A stretch of 50,963 nt of DNA from a bacterium (lineage in GTDB: Bacteria; Muiribacteriota; UBA9980), in contig JAKPTH010000283.1 in NCBI GenBank assembly GCA_029571125.1, positions 1 to 50,963 of the forward strand, written 5' to 3'. This document shows positions 46,002 to 50,963 of this stretch, piece after piece. Positions within the stretch are counted from its first letter, which is position 1. Every line of letters begins with the position of its first letter. Position numbers and translations under genes: made by a program. The notes below the pieces were generated by a model. That model did not search any database. It was not told the DNA's origin and saw only the letters and a program-made list of their open reading frames with translations.

Positions 46002-46601
46002 ATGAAGAAGGGTTTTATCGCGTCGATCATGGTTTCAATTATTGCGGTTGCTTTCTGCTGCGCGCCGGCCGCGCAGGCCACCGAGGAAACCGCCTTCTCT
46101 AAAAGTCTTGGAAAAGCCTCTGCCGGAGACGCCGAAGCGCAGTTTTACGCCGGCGTTTCTTATCTGACCGGCTCCGACGGAAACGCAAAAGATTCCGTCA
46201 AGGCGCGCGAATGGTTCGAAAAAGCGGCCGCGCAGAGCCATACTCAGGCCATGGCGCAGCTTGCAAAGTTATACGAGAACGGCGAGGGCGTGGAACAAGA
46301 TTATAAGAAGGCGTTCGAACTTTACGAAAAATCCGCCATGCTTGGTGAAGAGATAGCGCAGTCGGGCATCGGGAAACTTTACTTTTTCGGCCGTGGATGC
46401 GAGAAAAACCTTGTGAAGTCATACGCCTATGCGACCATGTCGGGATCGACCGACGAGGCGGCTCTGGAAAGCATTAAATTCCTCTTCGACGGCAAATTGA
46501 GCGACGCCGAACTCGCCGAGGCGAAAAACCTGGCCGGTAAATTGCGCGCCGAAGCAGCGAAGAACAAGTCAGGCGCCGGCAATAAAAATGTAAAGAAATA
46601 A
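46002..46601 (+). CDS. Secreted Sel1-repeat protein
   Basis: AGGAG RBS; signal peptide; three Sel1 repeats (GDAEAQF, WFEKAAAQ, YENGEGVEQDYKKAFELY). Confidence 0.92.
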   Translation: MKKGFIASIMVSIIAVAFCCAPAAQATEETAFSKSLGKASAGDAEAQFYAGVSYLTGSDGNAKDSVKAREWFEKAAAQSHTQAMAQLAKLYENGEGVEQDYKKAFELYEKSAMLGEEIAQSGIGKLYFFGRGCEKNLVKSYAYATMSGSTDEAALESIKFLFDGKLSDAELAEAKNLAGKLRAEAAKNKSGAGNKNVKK

Positions 46602-46666
46602 AGAATTCGAAGATAATGAACTACAATAATTGTTAATTTTGCCAAAATATCCCCGAAGAAATTTCA

Positions 46667-46759
46667 TTCGACGGGCTCGCCGCAGGAGGACTCCCGCCCA
46701 AAGCTTTCAAGCTAAGGGACGCGCGGGGCAAACCTCCCGAACCCGGCCGTGACGTCGAA
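46667..46759. other. Long bulged hairpin between convergent genes (structured RNA or REP-like element)
   Basis: Nested arms TTCGACG/CGTCGAA, GGGCTCG/CGAACCC, GGAGG/CCTCC, CCC/GGG and AGCT/AGCT around a TTCA loop. Confidence 0.55.
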
Positions 46760-46772
46760 ACTAAACTGAGTA

Positions 46773-47117
46773 TTAAAGGTCGATCCTGTCGCCGTTTTTT
46801 TTTGGCGCAGTTATAACTAAAAATTTAACCTGTGCATCATATATATTCTTAAATTGATGTTTTTTTCCGGGTTCGACGGTGATTCCCTGCCCGGCTGCTA
46901 TTTCATAATCGATGCCTTCTATTTCCATAACCGCTTTTCCACTCAGAATATAGAAAAATTGTCTGCCTTCGATATGGTAATGGCGCCTTTCAAATTTTCC
47001 TGCCGAAACCTCTTCCTCAATAACGCACAGTTCTTCACGGTTCAGAAGCTTCCAGCCCAGACAGCCGTCTCCCCAGCAATATTTTTCTGAATTGCTTTTA
47101 TCCGATATATTTATCAT
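46773..47117 (-). CDS. Cupin domain protein
   Basis: Y.WGDGC.GW.L, E..HYH....QFFYILSG, V.PG..HQ. Confidence 0.92.
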   Translation of the reverse strand: MINISDKSNSEKYCWGDGCLGWKLLNREELCVIEEEVSAGKFERRHYHIEGRQFFYILSGKAVMEIEGIDYEIAAGQGITVEPGKKHQFKNIYDAQVKFLVITAPKKNGDRIDL

Positions 47118-47139
47118 AACCCCAATATAAGCCTTTTCG

Positions 47140-47640
47140 TTATTTTAAAAGTGTTTTAATTAGTGATTGAAGCGCCGCCGCCTGGAACCCGAGTATGGCT
47201 ATAATAATAAGAAGATTCGTCTGGCAGAACGCTCTTAAATGCTCGATGACTATTCGCTGCGCGATCAGTCCCGATACTATCGCGAGAATCGAACCGGCAG
47301 GAGCGTGGTTTACGTCCATACACAGCAGCGCCGGAATAATTAAAAAGCATGCGTAAGGATACGCAAGCACGAGCCATGACGGAAGAAAAGCCAGTGCACG
47401 GTTCCACATGCTCGCAGGGCGGACGTCTTCTATTTCGCCGGGCGAAAAATCCAGAGGGTATTCGAGGGTTTTGCGGTCGCATCTGATTCCGACGCATAGG
47501 CGCCGTTCATCGAATACGAGTATTCCTTCCCATCTACCGTTAACTTTGACGTCTACAAAAATAAAGCCGTCGCGCGACGGTTTCGGAAGTTTTGCTTCGA
47601 GTCCGGGCGTAAGACTGAACGGATATATTTTTTCACTCAC
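47140..47640 (-). CDS. Hypothetical membrane protein
   Basis: GTG start after GAGG; soluble N-terminal half and three C-terminal hydrophobic segments. Confidence 0.7.
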   Translation of the reverse strand: MSEKIYPFSLTPGLEAKLPKPSRDGFIFVDVKVNGRWEGILVFDERRLCVGIRCDRKTLEYPLDFSPGEIEDVRPASMWNRALAFLPSWLVLAYPYACFLIIPALLCMDVNHAPAGSILAIVSGLIAQRIVIEHLRAFCQTNLLIIIAILGFQAAALQSLIKTLLK

Positions 47641-47817
47641 GATAAGCCTCGTTATTTATTTTGATATAGATTCTCTGCAGCAGGCTATTTCAGGCTCAAG
47701 CCCGCGGATATGGCGCCTGAATTTTTTCAAATCATTTTACCGATCATAGCCGTTTCTACTTGATTATAATTTTATTATACAACCATACGCAGCGTCAAGT
47801 TTAATCTTAAAATAAAG

Positions 47818-47846
47818 TTGTATAAAATTCTGACGTATAGTATAAT
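47818..47846 (+). promoter_or_regulatory. Sigma70 promoter for the B12-radical SAM gene run
   Basis: TTGTAT, 17 bp, TATAAT. Confidence 0.5.
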
Positions 47847-47978
47847 GAAAGCTAAAGAATAAATAAAAATTTGAATGATCGGCACGCGTAATTTCGGAAA
47901 AATTTTGATGCCAAAAGACTTTCAAAAAAATAAAAGAAAAAAGTTCACCATTAATCGACCTGATGCGGACATTTTCGA

Positions 47979-49325
47979 ATGAAAATAAAATTAATCTCCC
48001 CCAAAATGAGCCTTAGGCCTATGGATTCCGAATATAAGAGGCGGATGTCGCCCTCGTTATCTCTGGCGACCCTGGCATCGTTGATAGGGGCCGAACATGC
48101 CGTTTACATCGAAGACGAAAATGTTCAAAATTTGAATTTTAACGACGGACCTGATCTGGTCGGCATTACCGTAAACGTCGATACGTCGAGGCGGGCGTAC
48201 GAAATAGCGTCGGTTTACAGACAAAAAGGAATAAAAGTTATACTTGGCGGAATACATGTAAGCGCCAACCCGAATGAAGCGTTAGAGTATGCCGACTCGG
48301 TATGCGTCGGCGAGGCTGAGCGGCTGATGCAAACCATCATTAACGATGCGCAAAAAGGCGAGCTGAAAAATATTTACTATAATCCGGATCCGACCGATCC
48401 GCAGGATATACCTTTGCCTGACTGGTCGCTTGTCAATAGATCGAAATATTTATACACGAATATCATCTGCTCGAGCAGAGGATGCCCGTTTAAATGCGAA
48501 TTCTGCTATAACAGCAGCGAATATGTGCATCACCGGTATAGAAACCGGCCAATTACAAACGTAATGAACGAAATTAAACGGATGGGCACCAGGCAGGTAA
48601 TGTTCATCGACGATAATTTTATCGGCGACCCCCGGAACGCCATAAAATTAATACATGAATTGAAAAAGCAAAATATCGTATGGCACGCCGCCGTCTCTAC
48701 AAATATCGTTCACATGCCCGAATTGATGGACTTAATGACGGACGGCGGATGCAAAAGCCTGTTTATCGGATTTGAATCTATAAACCGGGAATCGATAAAA
48801 AATTCAAATAAGCTGCAGAACAACATAGATCTTTATGAAAAACTTATAGCCGATCTTCATTGCAGAAACATTATGGTCAACGCCAGCCTGGTTTTTGGCT
48901 TCGATACCGACACATTTGAAATATTTAAAACCACTCTCGACTGGCTGGTTAAAAATAAGGTAGAAACTATGACGGCTCACATCCTAACGCCATACCCCGG
49001 CACGGCCCTGTATAAAAATCTCTTGAATAAAGGCAGAATAATCGATTATAATACAAATAATTACAATACGGCTAACGTCGTCTTCCGGCCTGAAAATATG
49101 TCGGCGGAGGAGCTGAAGAAAGGTTATCTGTGGATTTATGATCAATTTTATTCGTTTAAAAACATTTTAAAAAGACTTCCCGATAATAAAAAACAAAGGA
49201 TACCCTTTTTGTTGTTTAATTTTGGTTATAGAAAATTCGGAAAGCTTACCTCATTATTAGGAAAACTTGGATTTATGAGTTTTATAGGAACTCTGGGAAG
49301 AAAACTGTCTTATAACATCGAATAA
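47979..49325 (+). CDS. Cobalamin-binding domain radical SAM protein
   Basis: [48 protein letters not shown]. Confidence 0.95.
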   Translation: MKIKLISPKMSLRPMDSEYKRRMSPSLSLATLASLIGAEHAVYIEDENVQNLNFNDGPDLVGITVNVDTSRRAYEIASVYRQKGIKVILGGIHVSANPNEALEYADSVCVGEAERLMQTIINDAQKGELKNIYYNPDPTDPQDIPLPDWSLVNRSKYLYTNIICSSRGCPFKCEFCYNSSEYVHHRYRNRPITNVMNEIKRMGTRQVMFIDDNFIGDPRNAIKLIHELKKQNIVWHAAVSTNIVHMPELMDLMTDGGCKSLFIGFESINRESIKNSNKLQNNIDLYEKLIADLHCRNIMVNASLVFGFDTDTFEIFKTTLDWLVKNKVETMTAHILTPYPGTALYKNLLNKGRIIDYNTNNYNTANVVFRPENMSAEELKKGYLWIYDQFYSFKNILKRLPDNKKQRIPFLLFNFGYRKFGKLTSLLGKLGFMSFIGTLGRKLSYNIE

Positions 49326-49366
49326 GAATATTCGCCGGAAAATATATTGGATTAAGGAGCATACAA

Positions 49367-50140
49367 ATGGCTAACGATGAAATATTGATTCACGATTTCG
49401 ATCCTGACTTGATTTGCGATTACTTCGGAAGGCTCGAGCGGCAGGGGCCCGGCAGCCCCGAGTCCACAGTCAGGGCGTTAAGTTTTATCGACGATCTTTC
49501 GAATGAATTGAAAATCGCGGATATTGCCTGCGGAACCGGCGGCCAGACGATGGTCCTCGCGCAAAACACCAGAGGAACCATCACCGGTGTTGATATTTGC
49601 CCTGATTTTATCGAAAAATTCAACGTAAACGCTCAAAAGTTCGGCTTTCGGGACAGGGTAAAAGGCGTCGTCGGCTCGATGGATAATTTGCCGTTTCAAA
49701 ACGAAGAGCTCGATGTCATATGGTCCGAAGGGGCTATCGCCAATATAGGTTTTGAAAAGGGCCTGAATTATTTGAAACGCTTTCTAAAAAAAGGCGGCTA
49801 TATAGCTTTAACTTATGAGTCGTGGTTCACCGATGAACGCCCCGCCGAAATTGAAAAATTCTGGGTTAGCGCCGTTCCTGAAATGAGTACGATAGCCCAT
49901 AATATTTCAACGATACAGAAAGCCGGCTACAGCCTCGTCGCCGCTTTTACATTACCGGAAAAATGCTGGACCGATACTTTTTTCATTCCGCAAAAAGCCA
50001 TACAAAAAGCGTTTCTTGAAAAAAACGCCGGAAGCAAGGCCGCGGTAACTTTCGTTGAATATATGAAGTATGAAGCTGAGTTGTATTCGAAATACAAACA
50101 ATATTACGGATATGTTTTTTATATTGGTAAAAAAATATGA
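49367..50140 (+). CDS. Class I SAM-dependent methyltransferase
   Basis: [41 protein letters not shown]. Confidence 0.93.
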   Translation: MANDEILIHDFDPDLICDYFGRLERQGPGSPESTVRALSFIDDLSNELKIADIACGTGGQTMVLAQNTRGTITGVDICPDFIEKFNVNAQKFGFRDRVKGVVGSMDNLPFQNEELDVIWSEGAIANIGFEKGLNYLKRFLKKGGYIALTYESWFTDERPAEIEKFWVSAVPEMSTIAHNISTIQKAGYSLVAAFTLPEKCWTDTFFIPQKAIQKAFLEKNAGSKAAVTFVEYMKYEAELYSKYKQYYGYVFYIGKKI

Positions 50141-50199
50141 AAAAATCAATCTCGACGCCGCTTTTTATAACGGCCATTAAAAATCTTTAATGGAGTACT

Positions 50200-50883
50200 A
50201 TGAAAATACACGTCAGCCGAGAAGGCAATGCTTATATTTATAAAGTTTCAAATCGTTCAGGCGTTTCTGAGAGCGAATTAAAATCGATGTATTATGAGTG
50301 TGACGAAAACGGCCTCTACAGAAGAATTTATCCGGCCAGTCTGATGTTCGAACACGACGGGCGATTGCTTGAAAATAATTACAACAACTATCTCATGGAT
50401 AAAGAAAATGAAATTCACACCGACGACAGAAAAATCATCGATAATGCCATTGAATGGATATGTTCCGTTCATGAAAATAACGGAATAAAATGGTGGCTTG
50501 CCGGCAGCGCCGCTTTATATGTCCGCGGAATCGACGTTTGGCCGCACGACATCGATGTAATGACCTATAAAACCGAGATCGAAAAACTGCAGCAGGCCGT
50601 CGGAAAATATATTTCCGAGCCTTTTCATCACGTCACAAACTGGGTGGTGAAGGGATTTGGGGTCGTGTACCGGCAATACAAGATCGATTATGCGTTCGAG
50701 CCTGAAGAATGGGTCGATGGAAACGGCCGCGTCGATTTCGGGCCTTACGCGCAAGCGCACCTTGAAAAAATAAAATGGAATGGCCGCACTATATCGGTCC
50801 CGCCTCTCGAACTTCACATCAAATCGAATGCGGCAAGAGGAAGAACCGGAGTGGTCGATAAAATAAAGGCCGCAATCTTATAA
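50200..50883 (+). CDS. Nucleotidyltransferase-fold protein
   Basis: WWLAGSAAL..RG....PHDIDV (Pol-beta-like GS...DxD motif); GGAG RBS. Confidence 0.8.
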   Translation: MKIHVSREGNAYIYKVSNRSGVSESELKSMYYECDENGLYRRIYPASLMFEHDGRLLENNYNNYLMDKENEIHTDDRKIIDNAIEWICSVHENNGIKWWLAGSAALYVRGIDVWPHDIDVMTYKTEIEKLQQAVGKYISEPFHHVTNWVVKGFGVVYRQYKIDYAFEPEEWVDGNGRVDFGPYAQAHLEKIKWNGRTISVPPLELHIKSNAARGRTGVVDKIKAAIL

Positions 50884-50920
50884 GTATTTTATTTAAAATT
50901 TAATTATCAGGAGCGTCTAT

Positions 50921-50963
50921 ATGGATAAATTTATTGCCTCGTCAGATGAAACTATGATACATT
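50921..50963 (+). CDS. Start of a CDS running off the window (MDKFIASSDETMIH...)
   Basis: AGGAG RBS followed by ATG 50921, open to the window end. Confidence 0.55.
   Translation, partial: MDKFIASSDETMIH

Noticed and set aside
46690-46760. tRNA-Sec (TTCA loop) or c-di-GMP-I riboswitch (GGCAAACC)
   Set aside because: No cloverleaf with a T-loop or CCA end; no GAAA tetraloop and GACGCAAA element in the right place; it lies between convergent genes rather than in a 5' leader.
31504-50963. Integron cassette array, prophage or other mobile element explaining the accessory region
   Set aside because: Genes are in mixed orientation with their own promoters, and I found no recurring attC-like sites, integrase, transposase or phage genes.
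1-50963. CRISPR array, rRNA or tRNA genes
   Set aside because: No regularly spaced repeat-spacer pattern or recognisable structural RNA gene in any intergenic region.

Overview
Bacterial chromosomal window with three parts. (1) 1-9.3 kb: a minus-strand run of an orphan sugar-type solute-binding protein, three paralogues of one large uncharacterised coiled-coil protein family (one membrane-anchored and absent from the ORF track, one split by a diverged 311-bp tandem duplication) and a secreted helical protein. (2) 9.3-25.7 kb: a housekeeping superoperon in Firmicute-like order, remA-gmk-coaBC-priA-def-fmt-rsmB-rlmN-[PASTA protein]-[Ser/Thr pseudokinase]-rpe-tagA-like-mfd. Here the usual PrkC/PknB kinase is split into two genes in reversed order, has lost every catalytic motif, and the phosphatase, rsgA and rpoZ genes are absent. 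(3) 25.8-51 kb: a mosaic accessory region with an M28 peptidase, a NikMNQO-type ECF transporter, rhodanese, a DEAD-box helicase, secreted LamG, Sel1 and ankyrin proteins, a PadR-HAAS/PspC/DUF4097 envelope-stress pair, a radical SAM/SPASM-TPR-Sel1 trio and a B12-radical SAM/methyltransferase/nucleotidyltransferase run. I found no tRNA, rRNA, CRISPR array, integrase or transposase. The taxon cannot be fixed from the sequence alone; a diderm candidate-phylum bacterium such as Ca. Wallbacteria is my inference.
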